64,000 nt of DNA from an uncultured Desulfobacter sp. (GTDB lineage: Bacteria; Desulfobacterota; Desulfobacteria; Desulfobacterales; Desulfobacteraceae): contig OY762069.1 in assembly GCA_963665095.1 (NCBI GenBank), positions 6,784,001-6,848,000 of the forward strand. Reading direction: 5' to 3'. The translations under genes were made by a program, and so were the position numbers. Positions 51,496 to 61,989 of this stretch are shown piece by piece. Position 1 is the first letter of the stretch; each line of letters begins with the position of its first letter. The notes under the pieces were generated by a model that saw only the letters and a list, made by a program, of their open reading frames with translations, was not told the DNA's origin and did no database searches.

Positions 51496-52734
51496 ATGCA
51501 ATACATAAAATCAATTGACCCGCAGATTGCCTCTGTGATTGAAAATGAAGCAGCCCGCCAGGAATTCGGCCTGAATCTCATCGCCTCTGAAAATACAGTG
51601 AGCCGGGCAGTGATGGAAGCGCAAGGGTCCATCATGACCAACAAATATGCTGAGGGGTATCCTGCCAAGCGATATTACGGCGGGTGCCGGTATATGGACC
51701 AGGCGGAAAACCTGGCCATTGATCGGGCAAAAAAACTGTTTGGTGTAGAATTTGCCAATGTTCAGCCCCATTCCGGTTCCCAGGCCAATATGGCAGCTTA
51801 TTTTTCCCTGCTTTCACCTGGAGATGGAATCCTTGCCATGGATCTCTCCCATGGCGGACACTTGACTCATGGGTCCGGGGTCAGCTTTTCCGGCCGTCTG
51901 TTTAACTTTTCCCATTATGGCCTGAATCCTGAAACTGAAACCATTGACCTGAATCAGGTGGAGGATCTGGCCCGAAAAAACAAACCCAAAATGATCGTGG
52001 CAGGTGCGTCTGCCTATCCCAGGATTATTGATTTTAAAGGATTTTCCCAGATTGCCAAGTCTGTGGGGGCATTGTTCATGGTGGATATGGCCCATATTGC
52101 AGGTCTGGTAGCCGCAGGGGTCCATCCCACACCTGTGGGACATGCTGATATCATCACCTCCACCACCCATAAAACCTTAAGAGGTCCCAGGGGTGGTTTA
52201 ATTTTGACTTCCGAAGCGCATGGAAAGAAGGTAAATTCCCAGATCTTCCCGGGCATCCAGGGCGGGCCGCTCATGCATGTGATCACCGCCAAGGCAGTGG
52301 CCTTTCAAGAAGCTCTGACGCCTGAATTTAAACAGTACCAGCAGCAGACGGTTAAAAATTGTTCTGTTCTGGCAAAAGTCCTGATGGAAAGAGGGTATAA
52401 GCTGGTATCCAATGGAACAGACAACCATATGGTACTTGTGGATTTCTCCGGCCTGGATATCACAGGTAAAGATGCGGAAGACCGCCTCGGTCAGGCGGGT
52501 ATTACGGTGAACAAAAACACCGTACCCAATGAGAAAAGAAGTCCCTATGTGACATCCGGCGTTCGTATCGGCGTACCTTTGATTACTTCCCGGGGAATGA
52601 ATGAAGATGCTGTCACTGCTGTGGCAGGCTTTATCTGTGATGTGCTGGATGATGAGGCCAATGTATCCCGGGTGGCTGACCAGGTTAAGGCGCTTTGTAC
52701 TCAGTATCCCTTATACGGGAATGAATCTAACTAA
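51496..52734 (+). CDS. glyA: Serine hydroxymethyltransferase
   Basis: [33 protein letters not shown]. Confidence 0.99.
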   Translation: MQYIKSIDPQIASVIENEAARQEFGLNLIASENTVSRAVMEAQGSIMTNKYAEGYPAKRYYGGCRYMDQAENLAIDRAKKLFGVEFANVQPHSGSQANMAAYFSLLSPGDGILAMDLSHGGHLTHGSGVSFSGRLFNFSHYGLNPETETIDLNQVEDLARKNKPKMIVAGASAYPRIIDFKGFSQIAKSVGALFMVDMAHIAGLVAAGVHPTPVGHADIITSTTHKTLRGPRGGLILTSEAHGKKVNSQIFPGIQGGPLMHVITAKAVAFQEALTPEFKQYQQQTVKNCSVLAKVLMERGYKLVSNGTDNHMVLVDFSGLDITGKDAEDRLGQAGITVNKNTVPNEKRSPYVTSGVRIGVPLITSRGMNEDAVTAVAGFICDVLDDEANVSRVADQVKALCTQYPLYGNESN

Positions 52735-52736
52735 TT

Positions 52737-53219
52737 ATGACTGTTTTTCCTGATCCGCCGGGCAAAAATGGCGAAGATCGTCCGTCATGGGATGAATATT
52801 TCATGGCCATTACGGATCTTGTGGCTTCCCGGGCCACCTGCATCCGACGCAAAGTTGGGGCCGTGCTGGTCAAGGAAAAACGCATTTTATGCTCCGGTTA
52901 TAACGGCGCGCCCTCCCAGGTTCCCCACTGCAGTGAGACCGGATGTCTTCGGGAACGGCTCAATGTGCCTTCCGGGGAAAAACATGAGTTGTGCCGGGGC
53001 GTTCATGCTGAGCAGAATGTGATCATCCAGGCCGCTTTTCACGGCATCCCCGTGGCAGGTGCCTATCTTTACTGCACCACCCAGCCCTGTTCCATCTGCG
53101 CCAAGATGATTATTAACGCAGGGATTGTAAGAGTGTATTACAAGGAGGGATACGATGATCCCCTGTCTTTGGAGATGTTTGACCAGGCAGGGGTGGAACT
53201 GATCTGGATTGGCGCCTGA
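52737..53219 (+). CDS. dCMP deaminase (ComEB-like)
   Basis: [23 protein letters not shown]. Confidence 0.93.
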   Translation: MTVFPDPPGKNGEDRPSWDEYFMAITDLVASRATCIRRKVGAVLVKEKRILCSGYNGAPSQVPHCSETGCLRERLNVPSGEKHELCRGVHAEQNVIIQAAFHGIPVAGAYLYCTTQPCSICAKMIINAGIVRVYYKEGYDDPLSLEMFDQAGVELIWIGA

Positions 53220-53239
53220 ATTACATAAAAGAGGCTGAC

Positions 53240-53743
53240 ATGAAGTGCCCTTATTGCGGAGAACTGAACACCCGAGTGGTGGACTCTAGACCCGGCAAAA
53301 TCGAATTTGAGGTCCGGCGCAGAAGAGAATGCTTAACCTGTGCCAAGCGGTTTACCACCTATGAACGGGTGGACCAGGTTCCTGTCATGATTGTTAAAAA
53401 AGACAGTCGCAGGGAAGAGTTTGACAGGGATAAAGTGCTTAAAGGTATTCAGAAAGCCTGTGAGAAACGGGCCATCAGCGTGGATCAGATCGAAGAGATC
53501 GTGGACGGCATTGAAAGGGACTTGCGGGAAGGCCGTGACCGGGAAGTCTCCTCCAAGGTGGTGGGAGAAAAAATAATCAATGCCCTTAAGGACCTGGATG
53601 ATGTGGCATATGTCAGATTTGCCTCTGTCTACCGGGAGTTTAAGGATATCACGGATTTTATCCAGGAGCTTGAGCGCCTGCTTCCCCGACAAATTTCCAA
53701 TTCTGCATCCGAACCGGATAAGGACCCCGGACAGCAGCAATGA
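53240..53743 (+). CDS. nrdR: Transcriptional repressor NrdR
   Basis: MKCPYC, VVDSR, RRRREC, ATP cone, AYVRFASVY. Confidence 0.98.
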   Translation: MKCPYCGELNTRVVDSRPGKIEFEVRRRRECLTCAKRFTTYERVDQVPVMIVKKDSRREEFDRDKVLKGIQKACEKRAISVDQIEEIVDGIERDLREGRDREVSSKVVGEKIINALKDLDDVAYVRFASVYREFKDITDFIQELERLLPRQISNSASEPDKDPGQQQ

Positions 53744-54870
53744 CAGATCACGATTATATGGCAAAAGCCTTGGCACTGGCAGCCCAGGGTAAAGGCTATA
53801 CTTCTCCCAATCCCTGCGTGGGCGCTGTGGTGGTTAAAGATGGCCAGATCATCGGCCAGGGCTTTCATCCCAAAGCAGGCGGACCCCATGCCGAGGTGGT
53901 GGCCATTGATGATGCTGCGGCCCATGCCCCTGAAAAGCTAACCGGATCTACCATCTATGTGACCCTGGAACCCTGCAACCATTTCGGCAAAACCCCGCCA
54001 TGTACCCATAAAATCCTTCAGGCTGGAATCCGCCGGGTGGTAGTGGCCTGCAAGGACCCCAATCCCAATGTCCTTGGCGGTGGCAGCGATTTTTTAAAGG
54101 AAAAGGGGGTTGAAGTGGTGTCAGGTATCCTGGAGGCGCAGGCCAGGGATCTGATTGAAGAGTTCATCTGGTATACCCTGAACAATAAATCTGCTTTTGT
54201 GACATTGAAATGTGCCGCCACCCTTGACGGATATATTGCCACAAGAACCGGCGATTCCCAGTGGATTACAGGCCCGGCTGCCAGGCAGTTCGGACACGAG
54301 CTGCGTCACGAAAACGATGCCATTCTCATTGGATCCGGCACACTGCATGCCGATAATCCCAGCCTTACCGCAAGAGTCCCCGGCAAACAGACCCGTGATC
54401 CGGCCCGGATTATTCTGGACAGTCGTTTGAGTGTCCGGGAAGATGCCAAAGCTATTGTTCAGGCATCTGGTTCCCCAACCATTATTGTAACGGCCCCGGA
54501 CCCGGATCCGGAAAAAGTTGCCCGTCTCAAGAAAAGAGGGGTGCAGATAGTTGAATGCCGCCAAAAAGAAAATCTGCTTGATTTAAATGACCTGATGATT
54601 AAGTTAAAAGGGTTGTCCATTACCAGTATCCTTGTAGAAGGTGGCGGAAAGGTGGCTGCATCGGCCCTTTCAGCAGGTATTGTTAATAAGGTCTGCTTTT
54701 TTTTAGCCCCGAAAATTCTAGGTGGAAATGATGGGATTCCGGTGTTTAAAGGCAGGGGTCCTGAGAAGATAGATGAGGTATTTGAGCTGGCCCGGGTTGC
54801 CACACGGCACCTTGACAGGGACATTTTGATTACAGGCTACCTTGCCCGCAAAGGGGTAGAGAGGTGTTAG
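53740..54870 (+). CDS. ribD: Riboflavin biosynthesis deaminase/reductase
   Basis: PNPCVG, HAE, LEPCNH..KTPPC, SQWIT, VEGGG. Confidence 0.98.
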   Translation: MTDHDYMAKALALAAQGKGYTSPNPCVGAVVVKDGQIIGQGFHPKAGGPHAEVVAIDDAAAHAPEKLTGSTIYVTLEPCNHFGKTPPCTHKILQAGIRRVVVACKDPNPNVLGGGSDFLKEKGVEVVSGILEAQARDLIEEFIWYTLNNKSAFVTLKCAATLDGYIATRTGDSQWITGPAARQFGHELRHENDAILIGSGTLHADNPSLTARVPGKQTRDPARIILDSRLSVREDAKAIVQASGSPTIIVTAPDPDPEKVARLKKRGVQIVECRQKENLLDLNDLMIKLKGLSITSILVEGGGKVAASALSAGIVNKVCFFLAPKILGGNDGIPVFKGRGPEKIDEVFELARVATRHLDRDILITGYLARKGVERC

Positions 54871-54892
54871 TCTTCTGGCAGGAGCGTGAAAC

Positions 54893-55561
54893 GTGTTTAC
54901 GGGAATTATAGAGAGTCTGGGTATCATCCGGCGCATTGAGACCAAAGGTGAGGGACGGGTGATGGTCATTGCATGTGACCTGGATCTTTCTGCCACAGGC
55001 ATCGGGGACTCCATTGCCGTGAATGGGGCCTGTCTGACAGCCGTCAGTCTTGGAAAAAACGAATTCAAAGTGGACATGGCCCCGGAAACCGTCTCCCGGA
55101 CAACCTTTACCAGCCTCGGGCCGGGATCCCGCGTGAATATTGAACGGGCATTAAAACTGTCAGACCGCATTGACGGCCATCTGGTATCCGGTCATATAGA
55201 CGGTACTGGCGTGGTCACCTCTATTCAGAATCAGAGCAACGCCGTGATTGTTGATATCGAGGTACCGGAAGTGCTGGCTTATGAAATGATCGAAAAGGGG
55301 TCAGTAGCTGTGGACGGGATCAGTCTGACCATCAATCGCTGCTGGATGAACGGCTTTTCCGTGAGTATCATTCCTCACACCGCCAAGATTACAACCATTG
55401 GGTTCAAAAAGGTGGGGGACCGGGTTAATATTGAAACAGATATGCTGGGAAAATATGTAAGAAAGTTTTTAGCCGGGCAGGGGAAAAGTGCCAATGATGC
55501 AGGCGCCGACGAGCGCAACGATATCAGCATCTCATTTCTTGCCCAGAACGGTTTTTTATAA
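54893..55561 (+). CDS. ribE: Riboflavin synthase (alpha chain)
   Basis: MFTGII, GDSIAVNGACLT, GHLVSGHIDG, KGSVAVDGISLT. Confidence 0.97.
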   Translation: MFTGIIESLGIIRRIETKGEGRVMVIACDLDLSATGIGDSIAVNGACLTAVSLGKNEFKVDMAPETVSRTTFTSLGPGSRVNIERALKLSDRIDGHLVSGHIDGTGVVTSIQNQSNAVIVDIEVPEVLAYEMIEKGSVAVDGISLTINRCWMNGFSVSIIPHTAKITTIGFKKVGDRVNIETDMLGKYVRKFLAGQGKSANDAGADERNDISISFLAQNGFL

Positions 55562-55668
55562 CAGCCACGGACTGTCCTGGTTTTCACCCGGAACAAGCCC
55601 GCTGCAAAGATGGAAACTCGTTATCAAGTGTCAGTGGAACAGAGTTTCTTATAGAAGAGGATGGAGAT

Positions 55669-56874
55669 ATGTCGCACTTAACCATTGAACAGGCAATTGA
55701 AGATATTAAGAACGGAAAAATGGTCATTCTGGTAGATGACGAGGACAGGGAAAATGAAGGGGATCTGACCATGGCGGCAGAAGCGGTAACCCCGGAGGCC
55801 ATCAATTTTATGGCTAAGTATGGACGGGGGCTGATCTGCCTTTCTCTGGATTCAACGATTGCCGATAAACTTGATCTGCCCATGATGGTGGACCACAACA
55901 CCTCACAGTTTGGCACAGGGTTTACAGTCTCTATCGAGGCAAAACGCGGCGTGACCACAGGGATCTCAGCTGCTGACCGGGCCACCACCATATTAACAGC
56001 TGTTGCCGATGAAACAAAGCCGTCTGATATTGCAAGGCCTGGACATATTTTTCCTTTACGTGCCCGGGACGGCGGCGTGATGGTGCGTGTGGGTCAGACG
56101 GAAGGCTCGGTTGATTTAGCCCGTCTTGCCGGACTTAAACCGGCAGGCGTTATCTGTGAGATCATGGATGACGACGGTACTATGGCCCGGATGCCTTCCC
56201 TTGAAGAGTTTTCAGAAAAACACGGAGTGGGCATCTGCACAGTGGCTGACCTTGTCCAGTACCGTCTGAAAACGGAAAGTTTTGTGAAACGGGCCGCTGA
56301 AACAGTGATTCCCACCCGAATAGGCGGAGAGTTCAGGATCATTGCCTATGAAAACGATATTGACAATCTGACCCATATTGCACTGGTCAAAGGTGACATT
56401 GATTCGGAAAAAGCCACTCTGGTCCGGGTACATTCTGAGTGCATGACCGGTGATATTTTTTCCTCTTTGCGCTGTGACTGCCAGGACCAGCTCTATCGGG
56501 CCATGAAAATGGTGGATGATGAGGGAAGCGGGGTTATTTTATATCTACGCCAGGAAGGCCGGGGAATTGGACTTGTCAACAAGTTAAAGGCTTATGAATA
56601 CCAGCGCCAGGGGCTTGACACCGTGGAGGCCAATGAAAAACTTGGCTTTGATGCAGATATGCGTGATTACGGGGTAGGTGCCCAGATCCTGGTGGATTTA
56701 GGCGTTCGTAAAATGCGTCTGCTCACCAACAATCCCAAGAAAATGGTTGGTCTGGAAGGGTACGGATTGAGTGTCGTGGAGCAGGTGCCCATTGAGGTGC
56801 CGCCCAACAGTTACAACCAGGGCTATCTTAAATGCAAGCAGGCCAAGATGGGACATTTACTACATATTAAGTAA
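55669..56874 (+). CDS. ribBA: DHBP synthase / GTP cyclohydrolase II
   Basis: [38 protein letters not shown]. Confidence 0.98.
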   Translation: MSHLTIEQAIEDIKNGKMVILVDDEDRENEGDLTMAAEAVTPEAINFMAKYGRGLICLSLDSTIADKLDLPMMVDHNTSQFGTGFTVSIEAKRGVTTGISAADRATTILTAVADETKPSDIARPGHIFPLRARDGGVMVRVGQTEGSVDLARLAGLKPAGVICEIMDDDGTMARMPSLEEFSEKHGVGICTVADLVQYRLKTESFVKRAAETVIPTRIGGEFRIIAYENDIDNLTHIALVKGDIDSEKATLVRVHSECMTGDIFSSLRCDCQDQLYRAMKMVDDEGSGVILYLRQEGRGIGLVNKLKAYEYQRQGLDTVEANEKLGFDADMRDYGVGAQILVDLGVRKMRLLTNNPKKMVGLEGYGLSVVEQVPIEVPPNSYNQGYLKCKQAKMGHLLHIK

Positions 56875-56888
56875 CAAAGGAAACGATT

Positions 56889-57356
56889 ATGCCTAAAATA
56901 ATTGAAGCCAATCTGGATGCCAAGGGGAAGAAATTTGGCATTATTGCCTCCCGGTTTAATGATTTTATTGTAGATAAACTTGTGTCCGGGGCTGTGGATG
57001 CTTTGGTCAGAAGTGGTGCCAAGGACAATGATATAGCCATCCTTAAGGTGCCGGGCGCATTTGAGATCCCCTTGGCTGCCGCCAAAATGGCCGACCAGAA
57101 AAAATATGACGCCATTATATGCTTAGGTGCCGTGATTCGTGGTGCTACTACCCATTATGATTATGTGTGCGCAGAAGTATCCAAGGGAATTGCAGCCGTG
57201 AGCCTGGATGCAAAAGTGCCGGTAATGTTTGGTATCCTGACCACCGAAACCATTGAACAGGCCATTGAACGTGCAGGCACCAAAGCCGGGAACAAAGGTT
57301 TTGATGTGGCGCTAGGGGCTGTTGAGATGGCAAATCTTTGTAAAAATATGGAATAG
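56889..57356 (+). CDS. ribH: Lumazine synthase
   Basis: [27 protein letters not shown]. Confidence 0.98.
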   Translation: MPKIIEANLDAKGKKFGIIASRFNDFIVDKLVSGAVDALVRSGAKDNDIAILKVPGAFEIPLAAAKMADQKKYDAIICLGAVIRGATTHYDYVCAEVSKGIAAVSLDAKVPVMFGILTTETIEQAIERAGTKAGNKGFDVALGAVEMANLCKNME

Positions 57357-57359
57357 TAC

Positions 57360-57773
57360 ATGGGTAACAGGCGCAAATCCCGGGAACTGGCCCTTCAGGC
57401 CCTTTTCGCCCTGGATCTGAATAAAACCGTTTCCAAGCTGCAGCTGGATGAATTTCTTGAACAGCATGGAGAAGATATCAGTGACCCTACCCGTCAGTTT
57501 TTCCAGGAGCTTGTGGATGGCGTGCAGACGGACCGGGAAAAGATAGACAGCCTGCTGGATCAATGGGCCAAAAACTGGAAAATATCCCGGATGCCGGCAG
57601 TGGACAGAAATATCATGCGCATTGCTGTGTTTGAAATGCTGAACCGCCCGGAAATCCCTGCGTCCGTATCCATTAATGAGGCGGTTGAAATCGGTAAAAA
57701 GTTCGGCACCCGGGATTCCGGGCCGTTTATCAACGGGGTGCTGGACCGGATCAGGTCCATGCAGGATCTATAA
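57360..57773 (+). CDS. nusB: Transcription antitermination factor NusB
   Basis: RRKSRELALQALF, INEAVEI, FINGVLD. Confidence 0.97.
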   Translation: MGNRRKSRELALQALFALDLNKTVSKLQLDEFLEQHGEDISDPTRQFFQELVDGVQTDREKIDSLLDQWAKNWKISRMPAVDRNIMRIAVFEMLNRPEIPASVSINEAVEIGKKFGTRDSGPFINGVLDRIRSMQDL

Positions 57774-57788
57774 ACTAAGGAGGACGGT

Positions 57789-58409
57789 TTGATTATACAG
57801 AAACTGGAAGTCGGTCCCATTATGGCCAATTGTTTTATTCTGGGATGTGAGGATACCAAAGAAGCCGCAGTTATTGATCCGGGAGATGATGCAGACCGCA
57901 TATTGATGGTCCTTGCCAAAGCTGAGCTTAAGTTGAAGTACCTGATTAATACCCATGGCCATTTTGATCATGTGGGGGCAAATAAGAGAATGAAGGATGC
58001 CACTGGTGCCCAGATTGCCATTCATCCGGATGATGAGTCCATGATAGTGGACCTGTCCCGCCATGCTGCCATGTTCGGGCTTGCTGCTGAAAATTCTCCG
58101 CCTGCAGATATTTTTCTGAATGACGGCGATAAGATATCCTTTGGCAATATAACCCTGGAAGTTATCCACACCCCGGGTCACTCCCCAGGTGGCGTCAGCC
58201 TCTACACATCCGGCCATTTGTTTGCCGGCGACACCCTTTTTATGGGGTCCATCGGCCGCACGGACTTGCCGGGTGGAAATTACGACACGCTTATTTCGAG
58301 CATTAAGAGCAGGCTTCTGACCCTGGATGAAGATACGATGGTATATACAGGACATGGCCCGGAAACCACCATTGGCAATGAAAAACGGATCAACCCCTTC
58401 CTTAGATAA
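57789..58409 (+). CDS. MBL-fold metallo-hydrolase (glyoxalase II/YcbL-like)
   Basis: THGHFDH, TPGHSPG, GDTLF, GRTDL, GHG. Confidence 0.93.
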   Translation: MIIQKLEVGPIMANCFILGCEDTKEAAVIDPGDDADRILMVLAKAELKLKYLINTHGHFDHVGANKRMKDATGAQIAIHPDDESMIVDLSRHAAMFGLAAENSPPADIFLNDGDKISFGNITLEVIHTPGHSPGGVSLYTSGHLFAGDTLFMGSIGRTDLPGGNYDTLISSIKSRLLTLDEDTMVYTGHGPETTIGNEKRINPFLR

Positions 58410-58421
58410 TGCCCTTACATA

Positions 58422-58476
58422 TTTGTACCCTGGATCATAAATATCTGGCTGTGATATTTATGATCCGGGGTGCGAA
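58422..58476 (+). terminator. 24-bp hairpin closing the rib operon
   Basis: tttgtaccctggatcataaatatc-7 nt-gatatttatgatccggggtgcgaa, with 3 G-U pairs on +. Confidence 0.65.
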
Positions 58477-58690
58477 ATTTCCCTTCCTGTCTTTGTGTGT
58501 CGGTGCTCCTTAATCAATTGGTAATCATAATTTCAGGAACCAAACTTGTATTTGGGAACGGGATGAGATACTTTTATTCGATTATAAACCGGCCTGAATT
58601 TTGGGCATCAATCTTTCCCGAAATTTGAAGTCTGTTTTTATTAAATCCATGGAGCACCAAGAGGAATATACAAAATAATTGGATGCACCA

Positions 58691-59407
58691 ATGAAACAGA
58701 TCAATTTAATATTTGCCATACTTTTACTGATGCTTGCCCTGGCTGTGCCTGTAAATGCTTTAGCCGGGCCTAGAGCGGTGCCTGTGGCTCCTTCTTATAA
58801 TTTTGAGGCGGTGCCTGAAGGACAGCATATTTACCATGATTTTGTTATAAAGAACGAAGGTGATGCGCCTTTGAACATCACCAAGGTTCAACCTCCTTGA
58901 GGCTGCGATAGCAAAGCCTATGACAGGCAGATTCCCCCGGGCGGGGAAGGTAAAATCACCATTGGTTTTAAGACCGCTGGATATGGCGGCCGGCAACTTA
59001 GCAAGAAAATTATGGTTTATACCGATGATCCTGGCAATAAAAAAATTTACCTGGTCATAAGTGGGACTGTTAAAGATATCATCAAGGTCGCGCCGCGCAC
59101 TGTCAGTTTAAGCGGTGCCCCGGGCCAGACGCTGAGTGCCGTGGTTAATATCGAGGCCGTTGAAGGCAATGAACTCAATATCCTTGATATCCGTCAAAAG
59201 TTCAATAAGCAGATCAAATCCGAACTTGTCCGGCCTGTTAAAGGTGAAAAAAAATGGCAGGTAAAGATATCTTGCCATTCAGACCAGCCGGCGGATCTCT
59301 ATGATTTTATTACGCTAAAAACCGACAATCCTGATAAACCGTTATTGAAAATCAGGGTGTATGCTATCTATGACCGGGTCACTGGATCGGGTGCATCAGG
59401 GTCTTAA
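58691..59407 (+). CDS. Exported DUF1573-like Ig-fold protein with in-frame TGA (candidate selenoprotein, U-G-C motif), 238 aa
   Basis: Signal peptide; HDFVIKNEGDAPLNITKVQPP-TGA(58898)-GCDSKAYDRQIPPGGEGKI continues in frame into the 59012 ORF. Confidence 0.85.
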
Positions 59408-59453
59408 AGATTTTAAAGGACAACAGCGAAAGCCAAAAAGGAATATAATTATT

Positions 59454-60095
59454 ATGGACGCAGCCCAGATCAAAGCTGTTGTATTTGACTGCGATGGCGT
59501 GATGTTTGATACAGCCCAGGCCAACCGGATATTTTATAATGAAATTCTGGCTGCCTTTGGCAAGCCCTGCCTCAATGACGAGCAGTTCATCAATGTGCAT
59601 ATGATGACGGTTAAGGCGGCTGTGACGTATCTTTTCCCCGAACTGGATGATGTTGTGCCTGTGTATAAGAAGATCAAAAGTATCGGGTATGACACGGTTG
59701 TGCCGTACATGCAGATGGAAGCAGGCCTGACCGAACTTTTAGCCGATCTTAAGGCTGCCGGCATGATCCGCGGTGTGGCCACCAACCGGACCAATACCAT
59801 GGAAAATGTACTTGTTACCCATCATCTTTCAGACGCCTTTGAAATTGTTGTCACGGCATCTGATGTGGTGAACCCGAAACCGGCGCCGGACCAGCTTGAA
59901 AAAATCATGGCTGCGTACGCCCTTCTGCCTCGTCAGATCGTGTTCATAGGGGACTCTGTATATGATCAAAGGGCAGCTGAATCAGCCGGTACCTGGTTTA
60001 TTGCATTTAAGCAGCCCGGGCTTGATGCTCATGCCCATGCTGTCTCCATGAATGAGATTAAAGAACTGTTAAAGATAAGCGAATATAATTCTTGA
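59454..60095 (+). CDS. HAD-family phosphatase (PGP/PpaX-like)
   Basis: VFDCDGVMFDT, ATNRT, KPAP, FIGDS..D; ATG 59454 preferred. Confidence 0.92.
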   Translation: MDAAQIKAVVFDCDGVMFDTAQANRIFYNEILAAFGKPCLNDEQFINVHMMTVKAAVTYLFPELDDVVPVYKKIKSIGYDTVVPYMQMEAGLTELLADLKAAGMIRGVATNRTNTMENVLVTHHLSDAFEIVVTASDVVNPKPAPDQLEKIMAAYALLPRQIVFIGDSVYDQRAAESAGTWFIAFKQPGLDAHAHAVSMNEIKELLKISEYNS

Positions 60096-60216
60096 CAAAT
60101 CTGTCAATCATCATTAAATCTTACGAGATTTTTAAAAAAAATTGAAGTCGGTTGCCGGGTCAAGGCATCTGACACGTTATAATGGCAGTTAACCATAGAT
60201 AAGGAGAATGACGTAT

Positions 60217-61494
60217 ATGTCTAAATTAGTTGCACCCCACGGTGGTAAAGGTCTTGTATGCTGCAAGCTCGAAGGCGCAGAACTGGAAGCTGAACTGAAA
60301 AAAGCCGCAGGTCTGAAAAAAATTGAAATTTCTTCCCAGGTTAAAGGCGATCTGATCATGCTGGGCATTGGTGGTTTCTCTCCGCTGAACGGCTTCATGA
60401 CCAAGGCTGACTGGAAAGGCGTTTGCGAAGACTTCCTGATGGCCGACGGTACTTTCTGGCCGGTTCCCGTTATGCTTGACGCTGCTGCTGATGATGCAGC
60501 AGAGATCAATGTTGGCGACGAAATCACCCTGGAAAGAAATGGTGAGATCTATGCTACCATGAAGATCGAAGAAAAGTTCGAGATGAGCGAAGATGAGAAG
60601 AAATGGGAATGCGAGAAAGTTTACAAAGGTCATGGCGAAGAGTCTGCTGACGATTGCTTCTGGAAAATCGCTATGGAAGATCATCCTGGCGTCCAGATGG
60701 TAATGGCCAGAAAAGAGTTCTGCCTGGCAGGTCCTGTAAAAGTTCTCTCCGAAGGCGAATTCCCCGAAAAATTCAAAGGCGTTTACCTGACTCCTGCTGA
60801 AACCCGCGCTATCATGGATGAAAAAGGCTGGGCAAACGTTGCTTCCATGCAGCTGAGAAACCCCATGCACAGATCCCACGAGCATCTGTGCAAGATCGCC
60901 CTTGACGTATGTGACGGCGTTCTGATTCATTCCCTGATCGGTAATCTCAAACCCGGCGATATCCCTGCAGAAGTACGTATCAAATGCATCGACACCCTGA
61001 TCAAGGGTTACTTTGTACCGGAACACGTTATCAACGGCGGATATCCTCTGGACATGAGATATGCTGGTCCCCGTGAAGGCCTGCTGCATGCTACCTTCCG
61101 TCAGAACTACGGTGTTAACAGAATGATCATCGGCCGTGACCATGCCGGCGTAGGTGACTTCTACACCCTGTTCGAAGCACAGGAAATTTTCGACACCATT
61201 CCCATGCCGGAAGAAGAAGGCAAACGCCTGCTGTGCGAGCCTCTGAAAATTGACTGGACCTTCTACTGCTACAAATGTGACGGCATGGCTTCCATGAGAA
61301 CCTGCCCCCATGGCAAAGATGACCGCGTAATCCTCTCCGGTACCAAACTGCGTCACGCCCTGTCCAACGGTGAGCCCGTTGTTGATCACTTTGGCCGTGA
61401 AGAAGTTCTGGTTATCCTTAGAGAGTACTATGCCAGCCTGACCGAAAAGGTTGAGGTTAAACTGCAGAGCCATGCAGAAGGCACCAAGATGTAA
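60217..61494 (+). CDS. sat: Sulfate adenylyltransferase (dissimilatory type)
   Basis: [55 protein letters not shown]. Confidence 0.98.
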   Translation: MSKLVAPHGGKGLVCCKLEGAELEAELKKAAGLKKIEISSQVKGDLIMLGIGGFSPLNGFMTKADWKGVCEDFLMADGTFWPVPVMLDAAADDAAEINVGDEITLERNGEIYATMKIEEKFEMSEDEKKWECEKVYKGHGEESADDCFWKIAMEDHPGVQMVMARKEFCLAGPVKVLSEGEFPEKFKGVYLTPAETRAIMDEKGWANVASMQLRNPMHRSHEHLCKIALDVCDGVLIHSLIGNLKPGDIPAEVRIKCIDTLIKGYFVPEHVINGGYPLDMRYAGPREGLLHATFRQNYGVNRMIIGRDHAGVGDFYTLFEAQEIFDTIPMPEEEGKRLLCEPLKIDWTFYCYKCDGMASMRTCPHGKDDRVILSGTKLRHALSNGEPVVDHFGREEVLVILREYYASLTEKVEVKLQSHAEGTKM

Positions 61495-61533
61495 GCTGGC
61501 CTTCCCCGGCTGACATCAGCTTAATTTGAAGTC

Positions 61534-61570
61534 AAAGCGGCGCTTTCCCTGGTGGGGAAGCGCCGCTTTT
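61534..61570 (+). terminator. Terminator after sat
   Basis: aaagcggcgctttccc/ggggaagcgccgctttt. Confidence 0.85.
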
Positions 61571-61647
61571 GGTCTTTACTCTTAACACTGTTAAACGATT
61601 ACAAACATGCAAATCAAAATGAATCAACCCAAAGTGATGCGGGGCAT

Positions 61648-61883
61648 ATGCAATTCAAAATTCTTGTTTTTTTTCTAATGATAATCCTTGTTTGTTGCCC
61701 TTCAGCTTTTGCATGTACCAGCTTTGCTTTATACGCAATCAAACGTTTTACGGTATGAATTTTGATTATTTCTCGACTCCCATTAAATTTCTAATCGAAT
61801 CCGGGTTGGGAATGAATATATTTCATCTGTCCTTCTTATATGACCAAACCGTTAAGAATTCTGAATATAAGGGATGCGTTTAG
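61648..61883 (+). pseudogene. Frameshifted, truncated Ntn-hydrolase (linear amide C-N hydrolase-like) remnant
   Basis: Signal peptide AFA/CTSFALY, then NQTFYGMNFDY in the neighbouring frame; stop at 61883. Confidence 0.6.
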
Positions 61884-61989
61884 TATTATAATAGATCAGG
61901 CGATCTGCATATATGAAGTAGACACGATTCTTTGTGGCAACTTTTTTAATAGAAGCAGCCTTTGAATCAGTTCAATCAATAAAAATTGA

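Noticed and set aside
55562..55668. FMN riboswitch in the ribE-ribBA spacer
   Set aside because: Only a short gaaactc/gagtttc stem; none of the conserved RFN blocks.
60226..61473. 415-aa antisense ORF spanning sat
   Set aside because: Codon-register mirror of a highly biased gene that avoids TTA/CTA/TCA; no RBS or recognisable motifs.
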